Shown: positions 1 to 9,656, numbered from the stretch's first letter. The stretch: DNA of 64,000 nt from Methanobacteriota archaeon (GCA_014240285.1 JAAZXI010000004.1:1476-65475), one strand, 5' to 3'. Numbers and translations: made by a program. The notes: generated from the letters alone by a model not told the origin.

Positions 1-275
1 ACGCTCAGTACCTCGACACCCTCGATTCTCGGCGCTGTACCGCCTCCCGACCGGGTGATGACGGTGATTCGGTGACCCCTAGCGGCCAGAGCTGCAGACA
101 GGTGGTACACCGTCGAGCCCATTCCACCCCATCGGGGAGGATATTCGGCGGAAAGCATCGCTATGTGCATGGTTTCACCGTATTCGCGGCTCAGCGCCCG
201 CATTTCAAGAGCACGACCTCTGGGCAGCGCTTCGCATTGTTCAAAACGAAGCCTTTGGTCGCCGCCTTCGATAGC

Positions 276-1007
276 ATGGCCGACTCCCTACCAGTTCACG
301 TCACCGTCGTCATACCAACACGTAACGAGGAAGCGGCTATTGTGGACACTATTCGCTCCATCCCGAATGACGGCTGGTGCGACAAACTGGACTTCCTAAT
401 TATCGACGGTAATTCTACCGACCGAACTCGAGAGCTCGCTGAGGCTGAGGGTGCTACTGTGTATCTCGAACCTCGCAAAGGATACGGTAGGGCGTACAAG
501 ACAGGCTTCGCAACGGCACCCGGCGAGGTCATCGTGACCATGGACGCAGACTGCACCTATCCCGGCGAGGAGGTTCCAGGATTGGTGCGTAAACTGCTCG
601 ATGAGAATCTGCAGTGGATTACCTGCGACCGTCTGCGACGCGCAGAGGAGGGTGCAATGCCCGGAGTACACGGCTTCGGCAACTGGGTCCTTTCGACCAC
701 CGCCAAGGTACTCTACTGGTACGGCATCCATGATTCCCAGAGCGGTATGTGGGTATTCCGCAAGTCGATATTTGAGGACGAGCGGGTGCGCCCCAAGCAC
801 GACGGTATGCCTCTCTCGCAGGAGTTCAAGATTAGGGCACGTCGATATCTGGGCAAGAAGAAGACTACAGAGGTAAGTGTGCCCTACCGCCCAAGAGTTG
901 GCGAGGCTGAGATTAACACATGGGGCGACGGTTTGCTCAACCTACGATTCCTCTTCACCCACAGGCTAGGACTAACTCGCCAAGTCACTCCCTGGGGCCC
1001 AGAGTAA
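276..1007 (+). CDS. Family-2 glycosyltransferase (dolichyl-phosphate hexose synthase-like)
   Basis: The ORF runs 72..1007. An internal ATG at 276 gives MADSLPVHVTVVIPTRNEE, a classic GT2 N-terminus. It is followed by IIDGNSTD and TMDADCTYP (DxD-type) motifs. The 68 upstream codons are Arg/His-rich and look non-coding. Confidence 0.8.
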   Translation: MADSLPVHVTVVIPTRNEEAAIVDTIRSIPNDGWCDKLDFLIIDGNSTDRTRELAEAEGATVYLEPRKGYGRAYKTGFATAPGEVIVTMDADCTYPGEEVPGLVRKLLDENLQWITCDRLRRAEEGAMPGVHGFGNWVLSTTAKVLYWYGIHDSQSGMWVFRKSIFEDERVRPKHDGMPLSQEFKIRARRYLGKKKTTEVSVPYRPRVGEAEINTWGDGLLNLRFLFTHRLGLTRQVTPWGPE

Positions 1008-1031
1008 CGAATCATAGGGCACCTAGTGACA

Positions 1032-1799
1032 TCAGGGAATCAAACGCCCTTCCATTCCGCCCGCGACCTCGATGACCTGGCCCGTTATGTGTCCTGATAT
1101 CTCATCTGAAGCTAGCATGACCACCGCGCTAGCCACATCCTCAGAGGTTGCGAGTTTCTTGAGTGCCATTGTCGCAGTTGCGCGTTCTATTAGCTCCTCG
1201 TCAACCCCCTGTTCGACCTTCTTCGGTGTGACAGTCCACCCCGGGGCGACCGCATTAACACGTACACCGCCAATATGCGAAACATCGTTCTTCAGTGATA
1301 TCAGCAGACCAGATGTAATGGCTCCCTTCGCCGCAGCGTAGTCAGCATGTCCTGATTCACCATAGATACCTGCAGTCGAGCCAATCAGAACGATTGATCC
1401 TCGTCCTGCCTCTGCGGCATGGCCAAGGAAAGCGCGAGCAGTGTTCACTGTCACCCCTAGATTGGAGTCCATGGTAGAGGTCCAACGCTCACCGTCAATC
1501 TCCCAAAGAGGCTTGGACGGCGTGGGATAGTGGCCGGCGTTGGCGATGCAAATATCGAGTCCTCCAAAGTCAGAGACGATGCTTTGAACCATCAACAATG
1601 CTTCCTTGTCATCGCGCAGATCCGCACGAATGGCTATCCCATCGATTTCTTCGGCTAGCGATGCGGCCGCAGCAGCCGAGGAATGGTGATGCACGACTAC
1701 ACGTGCGCCCTCGGCGGCGAACGCCCTACAGATGGCATGACCTATGCCGCCAGCACCGCCGGTGACGAGCACAACCTTGCCATGCAGCCCGGTTTCCAT
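1032..1799 (-). CDS. Short-chain dehydrogenase/reductase (3-oxoacyl-ACP reductase-like)
   Basis: Carries TGGAGGIGHAI (TGxxxGxG), NAG, and YAAAKGA (catalytic YxxxK). ATG start at 1799. Confidence 0.85.
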   Translation of the reverse strand: METGLHGKVVLVTGGAGGIGHAICRAFAAEGARVVVHHHSSAAAAASLAEEIDGIAIRADLRDDKEALLMVQSIVSDFGGLDICIANAGHYPTPSKPLWEIDGERWTSTMDSNLGVTVNTARAFLGHAAEAGRGSIVLIGSTAGIYGESGHADYAAAKGAITSGLLISLKNDVSHIGGVRVNAVAPGWTVTPKKVEQGVDEELIERATATMALKKLATSEDVASAVVMLASDEISGHITGQVIEVAGGMEGRLIP

Positions 1800-1878
1800 G
1801 CATGACGGGAGATGTTCCGATACTTATGTCCTCAGACTACCCAGTGACTCTACAGTATCCTGCATTCTGCCTAATGTG

Positions 1879-2238
1879 TCAAATCCAGACATCATTGGAG
1901 GCTGTTAAATCGCCTTCTGTGTTGCCGGTATTGACGACGTCACGAGGCTCAACGAGCAAGACCTTGCACTCTCTCTCAGCGCTGGGTTTGTGCTCGACCC
2001 CTTTCGGGACCACATACATGTCACCCTCGCCCAACTCTACGGTCTCATTCTCAAATTCTATTTTCATCTCGCCCTCAATCACGATGAAAACCTCGTCGGT
2101 ATCTGTATGATTATGCCAAACAAAATCGCCCTGAATTTTTACTAATTTGAATTGGTAATCGTTCATCTCTGCGATTACCTTTGGCGACCAGTGTTCTGAA
2201 AACATAGAAAGTTTGTCTTTGAGATTTATTTTTCCCAT
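1879..2238 (-). CDS. Cupin-domain protein
   Basis: Contains GDFVWHNHTDTDEVFIVIEGEM...GDMYVVPKGVEHKP, a cupin two-motif pattern. An ATG at 2238 (MGKINL) is preceded by GGAGGAGGGG, which is SD-like. The ORF track extends to 2268. Confidence 0.7.
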   Translation of the reverse strand: MGKINLKDKLSMFSEHWSPKVIAEMNDYQFKLVKIQGDFVWHNHTDTDEVFIVIEGEMKIEFENETVELGEGDMYVVPKGVEHKPSAERECKVLLVEPRDVVNTGNTEGDLTASNDVWI

Positions 2239-2264
2239 TTCCCCTCCTCCTTGTTGTAACCGAC

Positions 2265-5200
2265 TCAATCATCAAACTCTTCATCCAACTCTCGCGGGTC
2301 GAAGCCGGACCACGACTCAATCATCTCGAGGTCCTCCGAGATCTGCCTCCTGCGGGTGCTCGCGTAGGCTATCCCCGCCATTGTTACGAGGGTCAAAGCC
2401 GCTATCAGGAACGGCAGGCCCGTTCCCATCAGCCAGTCGAACATGCCCGTGTCCTCAGGAGCCTCGATGGTAATGACTTCGACAAGACTTGGACTCACCA
2501 TGTCACCGTCGAGAGCCAATACCTCCACTCTCGCACTACTCCCCGTCAGTGTCCAGACCGACATGTAGGTCCAGATGCCGTCGCCGGCAAACTGGTCGCC
2601 CTCTGTGCCATCGTCTCGGAACTCAAGAACTTGCGAAATCCCACCCACATGCAACTCACCGCGTACAGAAGAAGTGGTGCCGTCTGGGTCCACGAGTCGT
2701 ACTGTGATGAAGACCTTTGTCGGCTCCTCTAAGTCAATACTGCTAGGCGAGACCTCAAGTTCGTACAACTGCGGCGAACTCGAGCCAATTGTGAGGTTAA
2801 TCGAGGCCGAGGATGAGTCACCCCTAGAGTCCTTGACCAGCAGGTCAATGCGCACAGATCCGGGGGGGAAGTTCGCAGTGTGGACTATCTTGTCGCTCAG
2901 TAGAGTTCCGTCGCTCAGGACCCATTGGTAGAGCACTATGTCGTCATCGTAGTCGTAGGAGGTTGAAGCATTGAGCACTACTGACTCGCCCGGTGGGATG
3001 TACTGGCCCTCCGAGAGGCCAGAAATCTCCGCCACAGGACCAGTTTCGAGCACCGTGAGTGCCTGCGAGTGGGTGCGTTGCATCCCGTTAGAGTCTATCA
3101 GCTCGAAGCGCAGAGTGTGCTCCCCGGCCGGCAGGTAGTCGTTGTACCAGTAGTCCGTCGTCTTGTCCTCGAGTATCGGTTCGAACATCAGGTCGGAGTA
3201 TACACTGACGGTGAAGTCGTCGCCGTCGGGATCGAACGAGCGTCGGAAGTCGAACAGCACTGGGAGGTTGGAGTGGACCTCGATGTCGGGCATCGGCGAG
3301 TCAAGGACGAGGACCGGAGCTGCCTCGTTGACCCTGACCATGATTTCCGCCACATCCGAGACTCCTGAGCCGTCCTCGACGGTCAGGGTGACCTGATGCA
3401 CTCCCTCGGGTAGTCTGGCCTCGAGAATCCATCCACTCCCCATTGGCTCACTCAGCAAATCGCTCTCCCACAGCACGCTGACCAAATCGGTGCTGAAATC
3501 TGCAAAGGGATTGCAGATCAGTCCACTGCCGTTGTCCGGTAGGTCGGAGCAGGCAGCGTCCCAGTCGCCTGAGCCAGTTGCATCGAAGACCAACAGCTCG
3601 CCAGAGTCGGTCAGTATACCATCGGACGGGCTGGCGATTAGCGCCACGGGCGGAGAATTGGAGACGCTGATTTCGGCGGTAGCTGAATTCCACGTACCGG
3701 CGTGATTAGGACGGTCGTCGCTCGCATACATCGTGAGGAGGTGGTCTCCTTTCGACAGGGTTCCGGCCCACTCAACCGACGACTCGGGCGTCACTCCCGA
3801 GGCGAGAAGGCCGTCGCGGTCACTCCAGAACTCGAACTTGACGCCGTCGCCCTCTGGGTCAAAGGTATTGGTTCCGTCGAGGCGCACGGTTGCTGACGAT
3901 GTCATTCCCGTGCGCGTGACCTCCCACTGTGCCACTGGTATCTCGTTGTAGAGTTCGACGTTGAAGGTCCACGAGACAGGGACGTTGACGCTGTCTGAGG
4001 CATATACGGTCACTGAGAACTGATTGGGTGCGCCAGGAAAGGTGTGGATGATTGAGTCAGGGCACCCGGGAGCTGGGGTCGGTGGTTGACCAGTGCCCTG
4101 CTCGTAGGAGGTTTCCACCCAGCAGTTCAGCTCGTAGCCCTCTGGGTCGTAGGTGCTGCCGAGGTGGATGGTGACATTGGAGGTGATGCCGAGGTATAGC
4201 GTGCCCCATGCAGAGATTTGTGGTGTCGTTCCGACCGAGAGCACAGGGGGCAGGTTGACCAGTTCAATCTCACGGATCTCCTGCACGCAATGGTTCTGGC
4301 TGTCGCAGACCTCGAGGGTAATCTGATGGACTCCGTCAGAGAGGCAGGCGGCGGCGAGATTGGCAGTGAACGACGAGCCGTTGCCACCCGGGGGCGGTCC
4401 GCACGCGCTCAGCAGTTCTCCATCGATGCTGCTGGTCCAGCTGTAACTCAGTTCGTCGAAGTCTAGGTCCCAAGATTGGTTGGCGTCGAAGACCACCTGA
4501 CCACCGCTGGCGTAGACCGCCTCGTCCTCAGGCGAGTTCCAGATGATGAAGGGTGGCTGGTTGGACAACTCAAGGCGGCAGAACACCGAAATGTCTGCGT
4601 CGATATCAGCTGCTGCGGTGTCGTTGTGGACCCCGTTGTAGTCGCAGCCGGTGTGAACCATGTTGACATCTGACCAGCCCTGCATAGGTGTCCAGCGCTC
4701 GCCGATGAAGGGGCCGTACCAGTCTCGGCCAGAGTACGGCAGGATTCCTGTGTGCTCAGACTCGTACAGGTCGAAAGTGAGGTTGAACTCGGCTTGCGGG
4801 ATGTGGAGCAGGTGCTGGTTGACGGCGTGGATCTCGACTAGCCACATCACATCGAGGATGTTGTCCTGTCCAGTGTAGTTAGGTGTGTCAAGGTCGCCTG
4901 AAGATATCCAACGCAGGTGACTGTCCCCGAGCATCTCGAAACTGTCGGCGAATCCGCTGGTGAACCACGAGCCGGTGAAGTTGACGAAACTGGAGGAGAC
5001 GCTCGCGAGAGCGGTGGGGTCGCAGGCCATAGCGACGTTGTGGACGAGCAGCTCGCTGTGGTCGATAATGTCGAAGCAGGAGGCTGTATTGCCGCGAATG
5101 ACGCTATTCTCGAGGTGCGAGGTCTCCTGACCACTGGCGTCCCACAGCAAGCCCCCGTTGTCACCGTTCATGTCGAGGTCCCGGACGAGTCCATCGACCT

Positions 5201-6905
5201 CGTACAGTTCGACTGAGTGACCGGTCGAATTGAGGTTAATCTTGATGTCATCCAAGATGACCGTACCGTCGTGGCCCATCCCGCTGTTGTCGATGTCCAA
5301 TGCTGGGGCATTGACGGAGTCCCTGATGTCAACTGAGAGCAGCTGCAGGTCGATGCTGTCGCGCACCACGAATCCGTGCTGGTCCTCGATCGACGTGCAC
5401 TCGAAACAGGTCGAGTTCTTACCGCCGCTCATGACGTCGTTCGACTCCTCGAAGTAGAAGCCAGCACCGAGTTGCGGTAGTGCCGCACCGAGTCCGTTCT
5501 GATAGGTGGTCACGTATGCTAGCTCGACGTTGCTGGAGTCCTTGACAGAGATCCCGTGTCCGCCGTTGCCAGTGCTGATTACCCCAGATATGTCGGGGTG
5601 GAACTCGCGGATATCCACCCCGGTAGCGCCGTTGTCAGCTACCACCCAATCAGCGCCCTGGGCGCCACCCTTCCACAGCAGCACGCCCGGCCCCGTCGAG
5701 TTGCGAACCACTAGGTCGTTGATGGTAGGAGCCCAGTTGGCGCTGCGCATGAACATACCAGCCCTATCACTGAGAGGAGCAGTGGCACTTGGTCTGCCAT
5801 TTCTCAGCAGGTCGATCTCATTGAGTATGGTCGAGGAACCAATCATGTAGGCCTTGAAACCGACAGCGGCGTTGTCCTCAATCAGCGCGTCGGTGATCTG
5901 CACGCCGCTGGTGTTGACCTCGAACGCGGCGTAGGCGAGTCCGGGCGTCTTGGCTCCTGGTCCTCCGGTTCCCCTCAGTTCGAGGTCGTTGAATACCGCG
6001 TTGTGAGGCACGTTGGAGTACTGGCTGTGGTTGTACTGCTCGACCATGATGCCATAGTACTGGCTATCCTCAACAATCATTCCCACGAAGGTCGGTCGTG
6101 TGGTCCATCCGGAGGTAATGTGGCGCACGAAGATACCATTGTCACAGCGGCTCACACTGGAGTCCGATATCAGCGGTATCGAGTCCTCTACCCATATCCC
6201 AGCGGCGATAGCCAAGGTAGAGCCGCTGACGTTGGTTATCTCTAGGTTCGAAAACAGGCCGCCCGAGCCACCCCAGTGGTTCAACCCGCGGGTGATTAGG
6301 CCGTTGGCGGTCACGCCGTCGACGATGGGGGCGGAGTACGCCCCGATGGAGAGTCCGATACCATAGCGCCATGAGGTGGAGAAGCCGTGGATGTCCTGAC
6401 CGCCGCCGTCTATGACGAGATTGTTGATTCGTGGCGATGCACCGTCGAACAGGTCGATGGCGACCCTGTCGGCGTTGATGACCGTGAGATCATTCAGAGT
6501 CGGGTCGCTATCATAGATGGTGACGCCGTACTCCGCATCGATGATGGTGAGGTTTTCGATCTTGGAGCCCAGCCCGCTGCTACTCAAATTGAACACGATG
6601 CCATCGTGATTGCCCAAAATGGACTCAAGCAGTACCGGCGCTGTGGTCGTGCCCTGCACGGTAATCCTTCCAGCCACGAGTATATTCTCATCGTCGCCGA
6701 GCTGAATGGTGGTTCCAGATTGTACTACGAGTATATCCCCGCTCTCAACTGTGTAGCCGTCCTGCAACACCACAGTTCCCGACCACACGGTGGTCGAGCG
6801 GGGTGCAGCACCAAGCGTAGCCGGAACCAGTGGGGCAGCCGAAAGCAGCAACAGGAGTATCAGTGCAACTGCACGCCTGCGGGCTGCCGAAACAGGTGCT
6901 TGCAT
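2265..6905 (-). CDS. Giant secreted surface protein: parallel beta-helix repeats plus PKD/Ig-like modules, with a C-terminal TM anchor
   Basis: An ATG at 6905 gives the signal peptide MQAPVSAARRRAVALILLLLLSAAP. PbH1-like repeats are present (NLTIIDAEYGVTIYDSDPTLNDLTVINADRVAIDL...). Several PKD-like modules follow (e.g. VVLNASTSYDYDDDIVLYQWVLSDG). The C-terminus is a TM helix, RRRQ and an acidic tail. Confidence 0.8.
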   Translation of the reverse strand: MQAPVSAARRRAVALILLLLLSAAPLVPATLGAAPRSTTVWSGTVVLQDGYTVESGDILVVQSGTTIQLGDDENILVAGRITVQGTTTAPVLLESILGNHDGIVFNLSSSGLGSKIENLTIIDAEYGVTIYDSDPTLNDLTVINADRVAIDLFDGASPRINNLVIDGGGQDIHGFSTSWRYGIGLSIGAYSAPIVDGVTANGLITRGLNHWGGSGGLFSNLEITNVSGSTLAIAAGIWVEDSIPLISDSSVSRCDNGIFVRHITSGWTTRPTFVGMIVEDSQYYGIMVEQYNHSQYSNVPHNAVFNDLELRGTGGPGAKTPGLAYAAFEVNTSGVQITDALIEDNAAVGFKAYMIGSSTILNEIDLLRNGRPSATAPLSDRAGMFMRSANWAPTINDLVVRNSTGPGVLLWKGGAQGADWVVADNGATGVDIREFHPDISGVISTGNGGHGISVKDSSNVELAYVTTYQNGLGAALPQLGAGFYFEESNDVMSGGKNSTCFECTSIEDQHGFVVRDSIDLQLLSVDIRDSVNAPALDIDNSGMGHDGTVILDDIKINLNSTGHSVELYEVDGLVRDLDMNGDNGGLLWDASGQETSHLENSVIRGNTASCFDIIDHSELLVHNVAMACDPTALASVSSSFVNFTGSWFTSGFADSFEMLGDSHLRWISSGDLDTPNYTGQDNILDVMWLVEIHAVNQHLLHIPQAEFNLTFDLYESEHTGILPYSGRDWYGPFIGERWTPMQGWSDVNMVHTGCDYNGVHNDTAAADIDADISVFCRLELSNQPPFIIWNSPEDEAVYASGGQVVFDANQSWDLDFDELSYSWTSSIDGELLSACGPPPGGNGSSFTANLAAACLSDGVHQITLEVCDSQNHCVQEIREIELVNLPPVLSVGTTPQISAWGTLYLGITSNVTIHLGSTYDPEGYELNCWVETSYEQGTGQPPTPAPGCPDSIIHTFPGAPNQFSVTVYASDSVNVPVSWTFNVELYNEIPVAQWEVTRTGMTSSATVRLDGTNTFDPEGDGVKFEFWSDRDGLLASGVTPESSVEWAGTLSKGDHLLTMYASDDRPNHAGTWNSATAEISVSNSPPVALIASPSDGILTDSGELLVFDATGSGDWDAACSDLPDNGSGLICNPFADFSTDLVSVLWESDLLSEPMGSGWILEARLPEGVHQVTLTVEDGSGVSDVAEIMVRVNEAAPVLVLDSPMPDIEVHSNLPVLFDFRRSFDPDGDDFTVSVYSDLMFEPILEDKTTDYWYNDYLPAGEHTLRFELIDSNGMQRTHSQALTVLETGPVAEISGLSEGQYIPPGESVVLNASTSYDYDDDIVLYQWVLSDGTLLSDKIVHTANFPPGSVRIDLLVKDSRGDSSSASINLTIGSSSPQLYELEVSPSSIDLEEPTKVFITVRLVDPDGTTSSVRGELHVGGISQVLEFRDDGTEGDQFAGDGIWTYMSVWTLTGSSARVEVLALDGDMVSPSLVEVITIEAPEDTGMFDWLMGTGLPFLIAALTLVTMAGIAYASTRRRQISEDLEMIESWSGFDPRELDEEFDD

Positions 6906-7021
6906 GGCTAGCCCGCTCGCTGTCCGCCTGTTATCCCTTGCGCACACGTGAGTGATGCTGAATTCACGTATAGCAGAGGTCATAAACAGCAACCGAGCGC
7001 GATGCCCGTCGAGGACTGAGA

Positions 7022-7255
7022 ATGAGTACTGCCTTCGTTCTAATCAAGGTCGAGCCGGGACTCGAGAGAGATGTGTATTTGGCACTTTTAGGAATAGATA
7101 GCGTCACAGAGACACACGTCGCCTATGGGGAGTACGATCTTGTAACTCGCATAGACTTCGCCGACGAGAGTGAGATGGCCAAGACTCTGATTGGCAACAT
7201 GCGCTCTGTACCAGGGATCATCAAGACCGAGACGCTGATTGCGGTGGAGGTGTGA
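7022..7255 (+). CDS. Stand-alone Lrp/AsnC-type RAM (ligand-binding) domain protein
   Basis: 77 aa. The pattern AFVLIKVEPG...YDLVTRIDFAD...VPGIIKTETLIAV matches the C-terminal effector domain of Lrp/AsnC regulators. There is no HTH. Confidence 0.6.
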   Translation: MSTAFVLIKVEPGLERDVYLALLGIDSVTETHVAYGEYDLVTRIDFADESEMAKTLIGNMRSVPGIIKTETLIAVEV

Positions 7256-7491
7256 GTGTGGCTGTCGGATTCGTTCTCATCACTACCGAGGTCGGCTGCG
7301 AGATTGATGTCAGAGAGGCCGTCGGAGCTGTCGAAGGAGTGACTGGGCAGTGGATTGTCTTCGGCCCTCACGACCTTTTCGTCAAGATTGAGGCCGATGA
7401 CGAGGCCGAACTGACTCGCTGTATTGTCCAGGGAGTCAGGTCGATTCCGGGGATCACCGAGACTCGCACCCTCATCGGTGCGGAGATCTAG
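7252..7491 (+). CDS. Stand-alone RAM domain protein (paralogue of the preceding gene)
   Basis: Its GTG start overlaps the stop of 7022..7255 (GTGA). It aligns with its neighbour along the full length (GFVLITTEVG...HDLFVKIEADD...IPGITETRTLIGA). Confidence 0.6.
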   Translation: MSVAVGFVLITTEVGCEIDVREAVGAVEGVTGQWIVFGPHDLFVKIEADDEAELTRCIVQGVRSIPGITETRTLIGAEI

Positions 7492-9656
7492 ATTGCTCTC
7501 GCCATTCTGCCGATGAGTTCTGTTGCTGCTGAACTACACTCAGCCATCCTGAACCTGCTGACAGCCTCGCTCCAGTGCGACAATCTGCGGTCGGGTTCAA
7601 GCACGCCGCGCCAGTACCAGCGCTGAGCACACAGTCGTCGGTGCATTGCGAGATCCTCACGCAACGGCGCGGTGGCAATCGAGGCGTGAGCCTCAACGAG
7701 CCAGTCCGGGTGACTGTCGGTAGCCTCGAGAGTTGCGTGGATGAGACGGATTCTCTCGCCGAGGCCCTCACACGACTCAATCAGCAATCGAGCTGCGCTG
7801 AGTGCATCTGCCGAGGCGCTACCGCCAGTCCGTGATGAGAGGCGCGCCCGCAGGTCAAGGGCTGCCATTTGAGGATGGTCGGGACCCATTGCAGATTCGA
7901 GAGCACTGTGCGCCTTCGCGGCTGCTGGAACATCATCGGTCTCGAGAGCTATGCCATGCCTGATGAGGTCGAGGGCAAGGCTGCCGGCGCTGCGCTCAGA
8001 TTCCGGTAGTGAGGGCACATCAACCGAGCCTAGGTCTCTAGTCAACTCACGCGCCAATCGGCGGTCGATACGACCGGGCAGTCGGTCGTCGTATCGGCGA
8101 ACCAGTGACGCTATGGTCGCCTTGGTACGCTCTGCGGGCGTCATCTCTTCCAACGCACCGGCCTCTATGTCTTCGGCAGACCTCGAGTCACCGCGGAGAC
8201 GAGCCAGCCGAGCGGAGCGGAGTTTTCTGGAGACACCTACTCTCAGGCCTCCGATGTGGGACTCAGCTATCTCAGCCTCACCGCGCTCCAGAGCGAGGTC
8301 GGCGGCTGCTTCCCTGATGGACTCGTCATCACTGAGGCTGACGGCCTGCTCGAGCAGGACGGCGGCCGCAGCGCTGTCCTGCTCGGCTATGGCATGAATG
8401 TGCTCGGAGACCCATTCTGCGTCGGCTCCCCCGGAGTGGACCAAGTGGTGGCCCTCCATCCTGCGTGCCCTGGCTCCCTGCTTGATGGCCCATCTACTAG
8501 CCGCCTGTGTGTGCAGTGCATTGGATTGCTCGTCTGTCCAGGAACCCCTACGAACGTTGCGAATCAGGTGATGAGGCTCGGCCATGATGCCACTCCACCT
8601 CAGTATGGCAGAATCCTCGAGTTCGTCAGAACCCTCTACCTCGAAGAGTTCGCTGATCCGCAGAGCCGAGGGCGAAATGCAGAACTCGTCGAGAGATTTC
8701 GTACCCTCGTCACTGAGTCTGTGCATCACAGTGGACTCGACGTACTCCTGGACCGCCTCACCGCGCTCAGGCACCTCCTCGCCGGGTGACCATAGGCGGA
8801 GAGCGAGGGGGTGGCCGCCAAGGGCCTCTGCGACGCTTCTAGCGGTAGCGCTGTCGGTTTCGCTAGGGAGCAGAGACCTGGCGTGTTCGAGAGCCAGCCC
8901 CTCGACCTTGAACTCGGAGAAACCCTCTGGAAGTCCGAAAGGACTGGGGGACCTAGACACCGCGAGCAACGAAGAGTTTCCCGGAGATGCTTCATCGAGC
9001 AGCTCCGCCACGCCTGCAGCGTGACGCGGATGCAGTTCTTGGGCCTCGTCGAGGACCAACAGAGTCCTCGGACTGTCTGAGGCCCCAATGATGGCTGAGG
9101 GCGAGGAGGGTGCACCCTCACCCAGCCACATCCTGCCTATACCCGCTGCATCGGTGTCGGAGTCGCATGATGCCCAACGCACGGTCCAGCCCATACTCAG
9201 AACCTGTTCTACAACGGCGCGGGCGAGACTGGATTTACCGACGCCCGGCAAGCCGCTCAGGAGTACGTTGGAGCCGGCGAGCAGTGAGTCCGATAGAGTG
9301 GTTGAGTCTTCGTCCCTGCCGTGCAGGGAAATCTGCTCAGGCAGGGGGCCGAAGCTGCGTCCTCTCCGGGCCAGAGAGGGCTCTTCGAGTTCTGAGATGG
9401 CCTCACGACCAGTATCTGTAATGTGAACGACTGTGCGACGACGCGAGCCGCCGCCGGTGACATGAGCTGAGCGAGTTGAGACGTAACCCTCGGCTTCGAG
9501 TGAAGAGAGTGGTGCGTGCAGGGCCGATCTGACTACTCCTAGAGACTCTGCGAGACCTGGCAGAGATAGCGCTCTGGGCACGTCCCATGCGGACTCCAAC
9601 TCACCTCCAAACTGTACGAGTCGAGATAGAATTCGCGACTGCGCCTCGGAGAGCAT
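7488..9656 (-). CDS. STAND-type P-loop NTPase regulator with an N-terminal winged helix (MalT/AfsR-like architecture)
   Basis: N-terminal wHTH (LSEAQSRILSRLVQ...LEAEGYVSTR). Walker A is LSGLPGVGKSS and Walker B is LLVLDEAQE. A GGHPLALRLW motif (GxP of the NB-ARC/STAND type) is present. The C-terminal half is a long helical Ala/Leu/Arg-rich region. Start chosen at ATG 9656; the ORF extends to 9689. Confidence 0.7.
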   Translation of the reverse strand: MLSEAQSRILSRLVQFGGELESAWDVPRALSLPGLAESLGVVRSALHAPLSSLEAEGYVSTRSAHVTGGGSRRRTVVHITDTGREAISELEEPSLARRGRSFGPLPEQISLHGRDEDSTTLSDSLLAGSNVLLSGLPGVGKSSLARAVVEQVLSMGWTVRWASCDSDTDAAGIGRMWLGEGAPSSPSAIIGASDSPRTLLVLDEAQELHPRHAAGVAELLDEASPGNSSLLAVSRSPSPFGLPEGFSEFKVEGLALEHARSLLPSETDSATARSVAEALGGHPLALRLWSPGEEVPERGEAVQEYVESTVMHRLSDEGTKSLDEFCISPSALRISELFEVEGSDELEDSAILRWSGIMAEPHHLIRNVRRGSWTDEQSNALHTQAASRWAIKQGARARRMEGHHLVHSGGADAEWVSEHIHAIAEQDSAAAAVLLEQAVSLSDDESIREAAADLALERGEAEIAESHIGGLRVGVSRKLRSARLARLRGDSRSAEDIEAGALEEMTPAERTKATIASLVRRYDDRLPGRIDRRLARELTRDLGSVDVPSLPESERSAGSLALDLIRHGIALETDDVPAAAKAHSALESAMGPDHPQMAALDLRARLSSRTGGSASADALSAARLLIESCEGLGERIRLIHATLEATDSHPDWLVEAHASIATAPLREDLAMHRRLCAQRWYWRGVLEPDRRLSHWSEAVSRFRMAECSSAATELIGRMARAI

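Noticed and set aside
2343-2420. PGF-CTERM / archaeosortase sorting signal on the anchored proteins (GLPFLIAAL..., TLPIAALL...)
   Set aside because: No PGF tripeptide is present. In the giant protein, 25 further residues follow the basic cluster. The pattern is adequately explained by an ordinary TM anchor with positive-inside Arg residues.
6387-6911. 174-aa plus-strand ORF at the 5' end of the giant surface gene
   Set aside because: It is antisense to the signal-peptide and beta-helix coding region and has no independent support.
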